29,663 nucleotides of DNA, taken from IMG/VR virus record IMGVR_UViG_3300002301_000047, positions 1 through 29,663 of that record, one strand, 5' to 3'. Both the position numbers and the translations under genes were made by a program. Below the pieces are notes generated by a model. The model was not told the DNA's origin, did no database searches, and worked only from the letters and a program-made list of their open reading frames with translations. The number at the start of each line of letters is the position of its first letter. Within the stretch, counting starts at the first letter, position 1. Shown here one piece after another: positions 8,136 to 16,264 of the stretch. Source of the DNA: a virus. Its lineage: Duplodnaviria > Caudoviricetes.

Positions 8136-8394
8136 GGGTAAAAAATAGCATACAGCACATTAGTGAATTTTGGTTTAAGACACTGTTGAGGTGCGCTACT
8201 AATTAGGATGTTATTTCTGAAGACGTTTTAAGTTTGTCTCTTTGTGACGGAACACATTAACTGAATAGAAATCAGGAGAAAATTCTTAAGACCCTAGTAA
8301 GATAGTTCTAATTAACGGTCATCAGGAAAAATTAAGAAGGGTTTAGAATATTTCCGATTCTAAATAGGTCCTTAAATGTTATTTGTTAATACCC
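8136..8394 (+). ncRNA. Candidate ~260-nt structured RNA
   Basis: Follows promoter at 8115; ends pair (GGGTA..AAATAGCAT / ATGTTATTT..TACCC); internal hairpin TTTAGAAT/ATTCTAAA; no ORF. Confidence 0.45.
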
Positions 8395-8398
8395 AAAT

Positions 8399-8421
8399 GG
8401 TGCGGTAGCTCAGTTGGTAGA
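8399..8421 (+). pseudogene. 5' fragment of a tRNA-Phe-like gene
   Basis: 8395-8421 identical to 10507-10533 and similar to start of 8986. Confidence 0.75.
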
Positions 8422-8472
8422 AAAATATTTTAAAAATGTGTGCTTTTATCCTTTTTCAATATATTTATAGAT

Positions 8473-8985
8473 ATGGAAAAAGAGATTGAGATTATTAAAA
8501 TGTATGAAGACGGCAAAAGACCAACGGTAATTGCTAATGAATTAAAGATTGGTAGACGAACAATTTATCGTTTGTTAGAAAAACATAATATACCTTTACA
8601 CCCTAAAAAGGAAATTAAAAAATGTATAATATGCGAAAATATTACAAGTTCACGAAGAAATAGATGTGATACATGTAATACTAAAATAAGACGTTATCGT
8701 GCTAAAAAGGCAGCTGTTGATTATTTGGGTGGTAAATGTATAAATTGTGGGTGGTTAGGAAATTTAGCTGGATTTGATTTTCATCACAAAGACCCAAATG
8801 TTAAAGACTTTAATCCAAGTGCGTTAGAGTTAGCTAATAAATCTTGGGAGTTAGTAAAAGAAGAGTTAGATAAATGTAAATTATTATGTGCTATTTGTCA
8901 TAGATTAGAACACAATGATTACGATAATGAAAAATTTTTAATAATTGCTAATTCTGAACATGATAATTTGATTTTTAAAACGTAA
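8473..8985 (+). CDS. HNH endonuclease with N-terminal HTH
   Basis: IANELKIGRRTIYRLL; CIIC/CDTC; CINCG...FDFHHKDP...ELDKCKLLCAICHRLEH. Confidence 0.85.
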   Translation: MEKEIEIIKMYEDGKRPTVIANELKIGRRTIYRLLEKHNIPLHPKKEIKKCIICENITSSRRNRCDTCNTKIRRYRAKKAAVDYLGGKCINCGWLGNLAGFDFHHKDPNVKDFNPSALELANKSWELVKEELDKCKLLCAICHRLEHNDYDNEKFLIIANSEHDNLIFKT

Positions 8986-9057
8986 GGTGCGGTAACTCAG
9001 TGGTAGAGTGTCTCCCTGAAGAGCATGGTGTCGTCAGTTCGATTCTGACCCGTACCA
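8986..9057 (+). tRNA. tRNA-Phe(GAA)-like with mispaired anticodon stem
   Basis: Acceptor, D and T arms good; TCTCC-CTGAAGA-GCATG has two mismatches. Confidence 0.65.
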
Positions 9058-9193
9058 CAAGATGCTCTGGCCGTCCAGAGAATTGAGTAGATGAAACATA
9101 GGTCGTTTAGTCACAAGAATAAATAGGAGACACGCATATCGGTCCGAAATGCCGTGGCAGGTCTTAAAACGCCAGTAGGGGTCCTATTTAAAT

Positions 9194-9265
9194 GCTACCA
9201 TGGTAAAGTGGTTAATACGCTACCCTTTCACGGTAGAGTCACGGGTTCGATTCCCGTTGGTAGTA
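9194..9265 (+). tRNA. tRNA-Glu(TTC)
   Basis: GCTACCA/TGGTAGT, anticodon arm CTACC-CTTTCAC-GGTAG. Confidence 0.9.
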
Positions 9266-9417
9266 CGGGAGCTGATATACTGGTGCACAAGTTATCAATG
9301 AAAGCCTTAGAGCACAATCATTAATCAATGATGCTATGGTATTGCAGCAGGGTATTAAGAGTAGAGTGAATGAGACCCTTGGCAAATGTATCATACGCCA
9401 AGAAACTCTTTAAAAAT

Positions 9418-9503
9418 GCTATGGTCGACTAGCGGCTTAGGTCGCCTCCCTTTCAAGGAGGTGGGGAGTAATCCCCTCACGGGTTCGAATCCCGTCCATA
9501 GTA
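9418..9503 (+). tRNA. tRNA-Glu(TTC) with long variable arm
   Basis: CCTCC-CTTTCAA-GGAGG; variable hairpin GGGGA-GTAA-TCCCC. Confidence 0.85.
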
Positions 9504-9742
9504 CAAATGTGTTAGGTTATTTAGTATTTTGAAGGAACTCTTAAGAAAGGTAATCGGGTGGGTTGCATAGTCAGGTGCGAACAACTATTCGTTCAAGTCG
9601 AATCACATTTACTAGTAGCCTGTTGTAAAGAGACTCTTAAAATGGAAAGATACCATAAGAGACGGTGGTAAATGCTTTACGACAAAAGTTTGTTCTTTGA
9701 TAAAATGGTTTTTGATGTGATATATTAATCAAAAAGAAAACT

Positions 9743-10078
9743 ATGGAAAAGATGAATGAATTTTTAGAGTCATTGAGGTTAAACCCAATATATGACGGCT
9801 TCTCAGGGCGAGAAGATGTGTTTTATCAGTTTGCAAAAGCTGACGACACAGACATACAAATCGTGTATGCAAACTATGTTTGTGAATGTTATGAAGGAAG
9901 CGCAAGCGTAATTTATTACAGAACATCAACTGGTAAGTATTATGAGGTGTATGGTGGACATTGTTCATGCTATGGGTTGGAAGACCAATGGAATGGCGAT
10001 GAAGAGATAGTAGTTGCAGAACTGCTAAATCGTGTAGGTGAGCTAAAAGCTCTCTACAAAAAAAATTGGGCCCAGTAA
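9743..10078 (+). CDS. Hypothetical phage protein
   Basis: 111 aa, YEGSA...GGHCSCYGLEDQW. Confidence 0.8.
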   Translation: MEKMNEFLESLRLNPIYDGFSGREDVFYQFAKADDTDIQIVYANYVCECYEGSASVIYYRTSTGKYYEVYGGHCSCYGLEDQWNGDEEIVVAELLNRVGELKALYKKNWAQ

Positions 10079-10140
10079 AGCCTCTTGCGCAAGCAATGTA
10101 ACTGGTGGGGATAACCTGAAAGGGTGACGCTCTCCAAATC

Positions 10141-10230
10141 GGGCGGTTAGCTCAGTCGGTAGAGCAATGGAGGACATGGAGATGAAACATCTTCACTACT
10201 TGGTCGGTGGTTCGAATCCATCACTGTCCG
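10141..10230 (+). ncRNA. tRNA-like RNA with remodelled anticodon arm
   Basis: Canonical acceptor (G3:U70), D and T arms; anticodon region replaced by TGGAGATG-AAA-CATCTTCA hairpin. Confidence 0.75.
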
Positions 10231-10236
10231 CAAAAT

Positions 10237-10324
10237 GGGATGATGCGCTGAAAAAGCTGGAAAGCAAGCTCACGAGTAAAGTGAGTGTCGTATGACTGAG
10301 TAAGTTCGAATCTTGCTCATTCCA
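10237..10324 (+). ncRNA. Atypical tRNA-like RNA (GTA centred loop, long variable arm, G3:U70)
   Basis: GGGATGA/TCATTCC; CTCAC-GAGTAAA-GTGAG lacks U33; T arm GTAAG-TTCGAAT-CTTGC. Confidence 0.65.
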
Positions 10325-10510
10325 CAATGATTAAGAGATAGTCAGGAAGTAAAGGTCTGCCTCGCTTTAATGAGGGAGATATGTGGGGAAATGCTGGCAA
10401 ATCCGCCTCGCATCCACATTATAGGATTGACGATTTGCGGTAAGACGCTTTGATTTTTCAAACAGAAAAAATCTAATCATCTACTTACAGGAATCTCATG
10501 TAAGGTAAAT

Positions 10511-10597
10511 GGTGCGGTAGCTCAGTTGGTAGAGCAATGAGGACCAGCGATGGTCATGAAAACTCATGTGTCGGTGATTCGATTACACCCTGCACCA
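10511..10597 (+). ncRNA. tRNA-Phe-like RNA with 14-nt hairpin inserted in the anticodon loop
   Basis: ATGAG-[GACCA-GCGA-TGGTC]-ATGAAAA-CTCAT. Confidence 0.75.
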
Positions 10598-10714
10598 CGA
10601 TTGTTAAAACGCTGGCTTCGTTTTGAAATGATGGATAACATGCCGAACAGAAACACCATCAAGAAGGAAAGTCTGCAACTAAACCTGCTTAGCTTTTGGA
10701 ATGTAAAGGCAAAT

Positions 10715-10788
10715 GGAATATTAGTAGAGTTGGTTACAATATCCCCCTGTCACGGGGAAGGTCACGGGTTCGAATCCCGTATATTCCG
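10715..10788 (+). tRNA. tRNA-Asp(GTC)
   Basis: GGAATAT/ATATTCC, anticodon arm TCCCC-CTGTCAC-GGGGA. Confidence 0.92.
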
Positions 10789-10925
10789 CTGGTTAGTTCT
10801 TTTTTGGTTACTGTAGAAACAAATAGGGAAGCACCCCGATAAGGACCCGATAGAGTGGTCTTTTTGACTTCATGAGTATTTAGGTCCTTCAGTGGCCACA
10901 AGAGAGGTGCAAGCTGACCAAACTT

Positions 10926-10994
10926 GGAGATTTGGTGTAATTGATAGCATGGCCCACTGTCTGGGTTGGCGAGGTTTAAGTCCTTAGTTCTCCG
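10926..10994 (+). pseudogene. Degenerate tRNA-Asp-like sequence
   Basis: GGAGA/TCTCC, GCCCA-CTGTC-TGGGT 5-nt loop, T loop TTTAAGT. Confidence 0.5.
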
Positions 10995-10999
10995 CAAAT

Positions 11000-11107
11000 G
11001 TTCTGATAGAATACTGGTTGTATTCACAATATGTAAGAGCCCATATACCAATTGCTGCTTTATGGGACAGAAAAGTTGAGGGGAAAGTTCGATTCTTTCG
11101 AAGGACA
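11000..11107 (+). ncRNA. tRNA-like RNA with large anticodon-arm insertion
   Basis: D arm GAAT/ATTC, T arm GAAAG-TTCGATT-CTTTC, insert with CCCATA/TATGGG stem; acceptor imperfect. Confidence 0.55.
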
Positions 11108-11138
11108 CATTAATAACAAAATTTAAAAAGTGAGCATT

Positions 11139-11992
11139 ATGAAACAGCTGGACGCATTTGGCTCACAGGACAGTATATAAAGTTCTGTGAGGATAAAAAA
11201 ATCGAATTTAAGATGGAAGAAAGTATCACATCCTACGATGATACAACCCTATTTTGCCCATCAGGTATGCAACAATTTAAGTCCTTATTCAAGGATATAA
11301 ATTACAAGGGAACACAGTCGAATATTCAACCATGTCTACGGTTGAACGACATCGAAGAAATAGATGATGGAACACATCTACTTTATTTCAATATGATTGG
11401 GTTATTCTCATTCCGAGAACTAACTCTTACTTACACAATTGATTTTTGGTTTGAATTCTTAGGTACTATCGGTATTGTACCAGATTACGTTACTATCCAC
11501 CCAGATAAATTGGACTGGAAGGAATTTTATGTTAAGCATAACGTTGAAGTTAGGCTTGATGAAGGATGCCTTTGGACTGATGGTGAAATTGGCGGTTACT
11601 GTACTGAATTCTATAAGAATGATATAGAGATTGGCAATATTGTTAATACTCTAGGTACATGTATTGACGTTGGTTTTGGTCTTGAGAGATTAGAATTGAT
11701 ACTTACTGGTAATAAGCCATCTAAGGAAAGTACACTTAGAGAGAGTATAATGAAGATTATTGATAGCGGTGTATTACCAAGTCATAATAAACAAGGCCAT
11801 ATACTAAAGAAGCTATTACGGCTTTGTTATCGTGAAGGTATTGAGATTGACCATCAATTATATCGTGACGAAGTAATTAGGAATGATAAGATAAAACTTA
11901 AATGGGAACGTTTAAAAGACAAGTTTAGTCATATGTCAGATGAATGGTTTTGGAATACACATGGAATTGACGTAACGTTATTTAGAAAATAA
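11139..11992 (+). CDS. alaS: Mini alanyl-tRNA synthetase (aminoacylation domain only); N-terminus in another frame
   Basis: DDTTLFCPSGMQQFK, QPCLR, HLLYFNMIGLFSF, EIGNIV, IDVGFGLERL, PSHNKQGHILKKLLR; ATG 11139 needs a -1 shift to join the 11213 frame. Confidence 0.85.
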
Positions 11993-12007
11993 TGGATATT
12001 TATTAGT

Positions 12008-12568
12008 ATGAGTAAGGAATTTATACAGCAAAATCTACGCAAATATCTAATTGAATCATTATCTGAGGAAATACCAACGGTTAAATTATATCATCGTATT
12101 GGTAACAAGAAGGGGTTAGAGTTAACTGATTTATTAAGAAGTGTAATAACTAATGGTTTAATATGTCATGATAATGGCGAATTAGGACCTATTATATGGT
12201 TTAGTAATGAGTTTGGTGATTATGCTAAAAATGGTGCTTTTGTTGTATCAATTGAATATAATCCAACAACTAAAGAAGAATATGATATTAGATATGATAA
12301 CCACAATGGTTATGTTCATTCTAATATTCCATTTAATGCTTTGGAAGTAATTAAAATACCTGTTATGGTAGTTCGTTCTCGTGCTGAATCTTCTGATAAT
12401 TTAATTGAATTTATAAATAAGGGTGTCGCAACGCCTGAAAGGATAAACGGAAATAAATCAATAGAGGTTATTTATGGAGATATTTTCAATAAATACGTTC
12501 AACCATTTATTAATGTTTCCAATTTTCTTAGTCAAATAGAACCAAATAAAATTAAAAATATTTTCTAA
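12008..12568 (+). CDS. Hypothetical protein, possible ADP-ribosyltransferase-like fold
   Basis: KLYHR...ITNGL...IWFS pattern; weak. Confidence 0.6.
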   Translation: MSKEFIQQNLRKYLIESLSEEIPTVKLYHRIGNKKGLELTDLLRSVITNGLICHDNGELGPIIWFSNEFGDYAKNGAFVVSIEYNPTTKEEYDIRYDNHNGYVHSNIPFNALEVIKIPVMVVRSRAESSDNLIEFINKGVATPERINGNKSIEVIYGDIFNKYVQPFINVSNFLSQIEPNKIKNIF

Positions 12569-12619
12569 ATAGTTGTTTGTATCAAAAAATGTTGTATATT
12601 TGCAACATAAACAATTCAT

Positions 12620-12871
12620 ATGATGAGGATAATTAATTTAGTAGAGTCAATTGAGGGAAAAATCAATCAGATACAATCATTTTTAGTTGTTGATGAAAAG
12701 TTGGCGGCTGAAGTACAAGCTAAAGTTGAAAAGAACTTTATCGAAGCTATCAACGACCACACAAGTCCAGCCATTTTAACTAGTGATAGTGAAAAATATT
12801 GGTTAGAAAAAGGACATTTCACAGGTATAAACTACGAATTACAAATTGTTTCATCTTATACAGTACAATAA
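12620..12871 (+). CDS. Hypothetical protein
   Basis: Downstream of promoter at 12595. Confidence 0.7.
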   Translation: MMRIINLVESIEGKINQIQSFLVVDEKLAAEVQAKVEKNFIEAINDHTSPAILTSDSEKYWLEKGHFTGINYELQIVSSYTVQ

Positions 12872-12872
12872 T

Positions 12873-14015
12873 ATGCGAATAGTATTTACAGGCGGACCTA
12901 GTTCTGGCAAAACAACCATTATCAATGAGTTGGCTAAAGAATTTACAGTTGTTCAGGAGCCAGCTAGACACTTACTAAGTGTTCACGGAAATGTCTTGTT
13001 CACGGAACGTGAACGTTTTCAAAATTTACTGGAAGAATTATGTATTGAAAACTTCAACAAATATCCAAATGCATTTTATGATAGAGGGCTACATGATGAG
13101 ATTGCTTATCGTAAACATTTCAATTGCGAGATTAGTGATAAGTTACACGCTGAATGTAAGAATCTTCAATACGACATTGTGTTCGTATTTCCACCTTGGA
13201 AAGAAATATTTGAAAATGATGCGATAAGAAAGGAAACTTTTGAAGAGGCGGCAGTAATTTATGACGGTATAGTAGCTGGCTATAGAGAGTATGGCTTGGA
13301 GCCAATCGTGGTTCCGTTTGGTACAGTTGAGGAAAGGGTTAATTTTATTAAAAGTAATTCAATACCATCAAAACCAAAAAATACTCTAGTTACTAACATA
13401 GGATTTATTGATAATTTTATTGATAGTGATTCATTATTAAGATACCCAACGCATATTGTTTCACATGCTGGTAAGGGAAAGACAGCAATTTTAGCGGCAA
13501 TTGCTTCTAATTTAGTTAGGCAAGATAATAAGCGAATTTATGTTCTAAATGATACTAATGCTAAGGATTTCGCAACTAAGTTTGTATCACATATTACTGG
13601 TGTCAGTATCAAGGATTTAATTTTTGAGGACGCTGCTGACTTAAAGAGTAAAACTCAGCAATATAAGGGTCATAACTCATCAACTTTTGTTAAATTTTTA
13701 CCGCATAGTACCAATTTAGATGAATATTTTGATACCTTAGTTTTAAATATTGAGTTCAATGAGTTCAATGTATTAATATTAGACTTACCAAGTTTCAAAG
13801 GTGTTGATGAACTTATCAGAAAAGTAAAATCTAGGTTTGGAATACCTGTATTTTCAACTAAAAATCTTAGAAATTTTGGTATGTTATTTGACCAAAAACT
13901 TAATAATTTTATAGTTTTGAATGATGAACAAAATGCTGTTGATATTTTAACTAATAGTTATTGTGTTTTACAGCATCCAGTTCAAATTGACTTTCAAACA
14001 TTAAAAATTAGTTAA
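12873..14015 (+). CDS. NadR-like AAA_28 P-loop kinase fused to a degenerate RecA/DnaB-like domain
   Basis: IVFTGGPSSGKTT, EPAR, FYDRG, FPPWKEIFENDAIRKE; second P-loop HAGKGKT. Confidence 0.75.
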   Translation: MRIVFTGGPSSGKTTIINELAKEFTVVQEPARHLLSVHGNVLFTERERFQNLLEELCIENFNKYPNAFYDRGLHDEIAYRKHFNCEISDKLHAECKNLQYDIVFVFPPWKEIFENDAIRKETFEEAAVIYDGIVAGYREYGLEPIVVPFGTVEERVNFIKSNSIPSKPKNTLVTNIGFIDNFIDSDSLLRYPTHIVSHAGKGKTAILAAIASNLVRQDNKRIYVLNDTNAKDFATKFVSHITGVSIKDLIFEDAADLKSKTQQYKGHNSSTFVKFLPHSTNLDEYFDTLVLNIEFNEFNVLILDLPSFKGVDELIRKVKSRFGIPVFSTKNLRNFGMLFDQKLNNFIVLNDEQNAVDILTNSYCVLQHPVQIDFQTLKIS

Positions 14016-14016
14016 T

Positions 14017-14235
14017 ATGATTAATTGGCACGAAGAAAGAGCAACTAAGAATTACTGCGGTTATTGTAATGGATTTCTACCAAGTTCACCTTGCTCTGGT
14101 CTTTGTTTTACGAGTGTGAAGGATGCTCAAAGTAATAGGGTTGACCATATCTTAACTATGCTTAAGAAGATACCTGAAGAAATAGAAGCACTTCAATTAA
14201 AAGAACAAGAATATAAAGACGCATTATCAGCATAA
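14017..14235 (+). CDS. Small Cys-rich hypothetical protein
   Basis: CGYC...CSGLC. Confidence 0.65.
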   Translation: MINWHEERATKNYCGYCNGFLPSSPCSGLCFTSVKDAQSNRVDHILTMLKKIPEEIEALQLKEQEYKDALSA

Positions 14236-14288
14236 AAATTTTGCTGGATAACTCTTTGTTACTATATTTGCATTTTAAAATAAGAAAT

Positions 14289-14852
14289 ATGATACATAAA
14301 ATTGCCCATCAATTGGGTATTAAACTCACTGGGAATGAAACGTCAACTGAAGTTGAAGAATTAATTGTAAAACAATTAGAAACTGTTCCGTATATTCAGT
14401 ACCCAACAGCCTTTCATACGGTAGATATAATTGCTACACGTAATGTTGAATCAACAGTAGATGGTAATTTAGAAGTACTTTTAGGTCGTAAACATAATGC
14501 TACCGATTGGGTTTTTATCGGTGGATTTGTTGAACCAACTCAAACTGCTGAGGCCGCTGCTCTTCGTGAATTACATGAAGAAACAAATGTATTCGTTGAT
14601 AACGAGCATAGATTAGAATATCTCGGCTCATTATTCATTGACGATTCAAGGTATAAAGATTCACCACATAAAATTACTACCAGTATATTCACTGTCTCCT
14701 TAACAAGGGATGAAGCGTCACAAGCTAAAGGCGGTGATGATATTGCTGAGGTTAAATGGGTAAAATTGAATAAAATACTACCATTATTAAAGGACCATCA
14801 CGTTCCATTGTATAACAAATTTTTGGACTGGTATAGTGATACAAATGCTTAA
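14289..14852 (+). CDS. Nudix hydrolase, ADP-ribose pyrophosphatase-like
   Basis: GGFVEPTQTAEAAALRELHEET Nudix box, TVD, GGDDIAEVKW; start set after promoter at 14263. Confidence 0.88.
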   Translation: MIHKIAHQLGIKLTGNETSTEVEELIVKQLETVPYIQYPTAFHTVDIIATRNVESTVDGNLEVLLGRKHNATDWVFIGGFVEPTQTAEAAALRELHEETNVFVDNEHRLEYLGSLFIDDSRYKDSPHKITTSIFTVSLTRDEASQAKGGDDIAEVKWVKLNKILPLLKDHHVPLYNKFLDWYSDTNA

Positions 14853-14855
14853 AGT

Positions 14856-15455
14856 ATGAGTAAGTTAGATGAATACAAAGAAAAAAAGCGTATTGAAGCT
14901 TTAGGTTTACCAACGATGTGGATTGTTAAATCAACTAAAGAGACTGGTGTTGAAGAACCGTATGAAGTTCAAACAAAGGAGATTTTTAAAATAGGTACTA
15001 GAAGGTATAATGATAAGCCTAATATTGATGTTTATTGTTATAGGTTAGTTAATAATGGTTATCCTTATGAGGTCGATATTGAGGAAGGTGCAATTAGTGG
15101 AATATCTGAGGGTTATGGTACTGGGTTCGGTGACTTATGGGTATGGACATACTATAGCAGTCTTTCAAAAGAGGATGCTTTTGCATACTATGAGAAAGAA
15201 AAGCGAAGGCTTGAAAACAAGTCATTACTGAAGGCGATTGAAATTGTGCTTGAGACTAAGCCTCATCACGAAATTCTTGAAAAATTTGCTCGTGAAAAGT
15301 ATAATGAAAGATTTACAGGTGAAAAAACACCCTATAATGCTTTTCATTACTACTCAAGGTATAACATACTTGACAACAATACCATTGCAATAGAGTATAA
15401 ATACGGTGCTGGTGATATGGAATTTGATGATTCATTTAACGTAAAAATAGACTAA
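14856..15455 (+). CDS. Hypothetical protein
   Basis: 199 aa ORF in operon-like packing. Confidence 0.75.
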   Translation: MSKLDEYKEKKRIEALGLPTMWIVKSTKETGVEEPYEVQTKEIFKIGTRRYNDKPNIDVYCYRLVNNGYPYEVDIEEGAISGISEGYGTGFGDLWVWTYYSSLSKEDAFAYYEKEKRRLENKSLLKAIEIVLETKPHHEILEKFAREKYNERFTGEKTPYNAFHYYSRYNILDNNTIAIEYKYGAGDMEFDDSFNVKID

Positions 15456-15457
15456 TT

Positions 15458-15823
15458 ATGGAAATTACACACGAAAATATGCATAAGGGCCTTGAACACG
15501 CTGAGGTTAGGGATTTTATTTCGACTCAGTTTTGTGAAATTCAAGATAAAGAAAACAAAAATCGGCCAGTACGAGTTGAAGTTATTGACAACGATTATAT
15601 GCGTTATCGAATTGAGTCACTTGAGCTTGAGATAAAATCAAAACAACTAGCACTTGAATTAGCAAATCATTTAAGAGCGTTGTTTACAATCATGAAGACT
15701 TTTAACTGGAAAAGCTATGATGTTTCGGAAGAACTAAAGTGTTATATAACTATTGGTTTTAAGAACTTTATTGGTACCGCTGAGGAGTACAATGCGTTAA
15801 TTGCATCATTACCAAAACAATAA
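15458..15823 (+). CDS. Hypothetical protein
   Basis: 121 aa ORF. Confidence 0.75.
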   Translation: MEITHENMHKGLEHAEVRDFISTQFCEIQDKENKNRPVRVEVIDNDYMRYRIESLELEIKSKQLALELANHLRALFTIMKTFNWKSYDVSEELKCYITIGFKNFIGTAEEYNALIASLPKQ

Positions 15824-15826
15824 TTT

Positions 15827-16204
15827 ATGACTATACCTATTAATATTTGGGATGATTTCTATGATGACGGATATATCCCCAAAGGCGAAAATCAAAATAC
15901 ATACATTTATATTGAGGAGTCTAATATGCCTTTAGATAAGCAAGAGTCAATTTTACAAATTCTATTAGAACACTTAAATACTAATGTTAGATTGGATGGT
16001 GTTACTCTTAGATTATTTCTTAATGATACATCCTCAAAATATCCTCAATGGATTGGTACTGAGCACGAGTGGATGCTATATAAGCGTTGGGAAATTAGGA
16101 TTGATGACTTAACACATAAACGTTTAAATACCCTTGTTGGTGAGTTAAATAACGCTCATTTGGATTATGAAGGTGTTCCTTTTAGAATTTATTCAGAATC
16201 TTAA
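15827..16204 (+). CDS. Hypothetical protein
   Basis: 125 aa ORF. Confidence 0.75.
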   Translation: MTIPINIWDDFYDDGYIPKGENQNTYIYIEESNMPLDKQESILQILLEHLNTNVRLDGVTLRLFLNDTSSKYPQWIGTEHEWMLYKRWEIRIDDLTHKRLNTLVGELNNAHLDYEGVPFRIYSES

Positions 16205-16264
16205 AAAATAATTTTGCCAGTATCAAAAAAGATTGTATATTTGCATCACAATAAATAATTAATA

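Noticed and set aside
10107-10136. GGGGA...TCTCCA microhelix with G3:U70
   Set aside because: Only 5 bp, no T loop, lacks the trailing C seen after the other tRNA-like RNAs
7840-10533. 27-28 nt direct repeats as CRISPR repeats or att sites
   Set aside because: Only pairs, irregular spacing, explained by tRNA 5' ends; no cas or integrase in the window
10141-11107. Group I or II introns in the atypical tRNAs
   Set aside because: Inserts are under about 40 nt, far too short for self-splicing introns
10550-11108. ORF-track entries 10550..10816 (+) and 10734..11108 (-)
   Set aside because: Overlap tRNA and tRNA-like genes; no protein-like features
14241-14288. Upstream start extensions in the ORF track (also 6887, 7216, 7572, 8440, 12846, 16465, 24154, 27684)
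   Set aside because: They run through promoter motifs or upstream genes; downstream ATGs fit better
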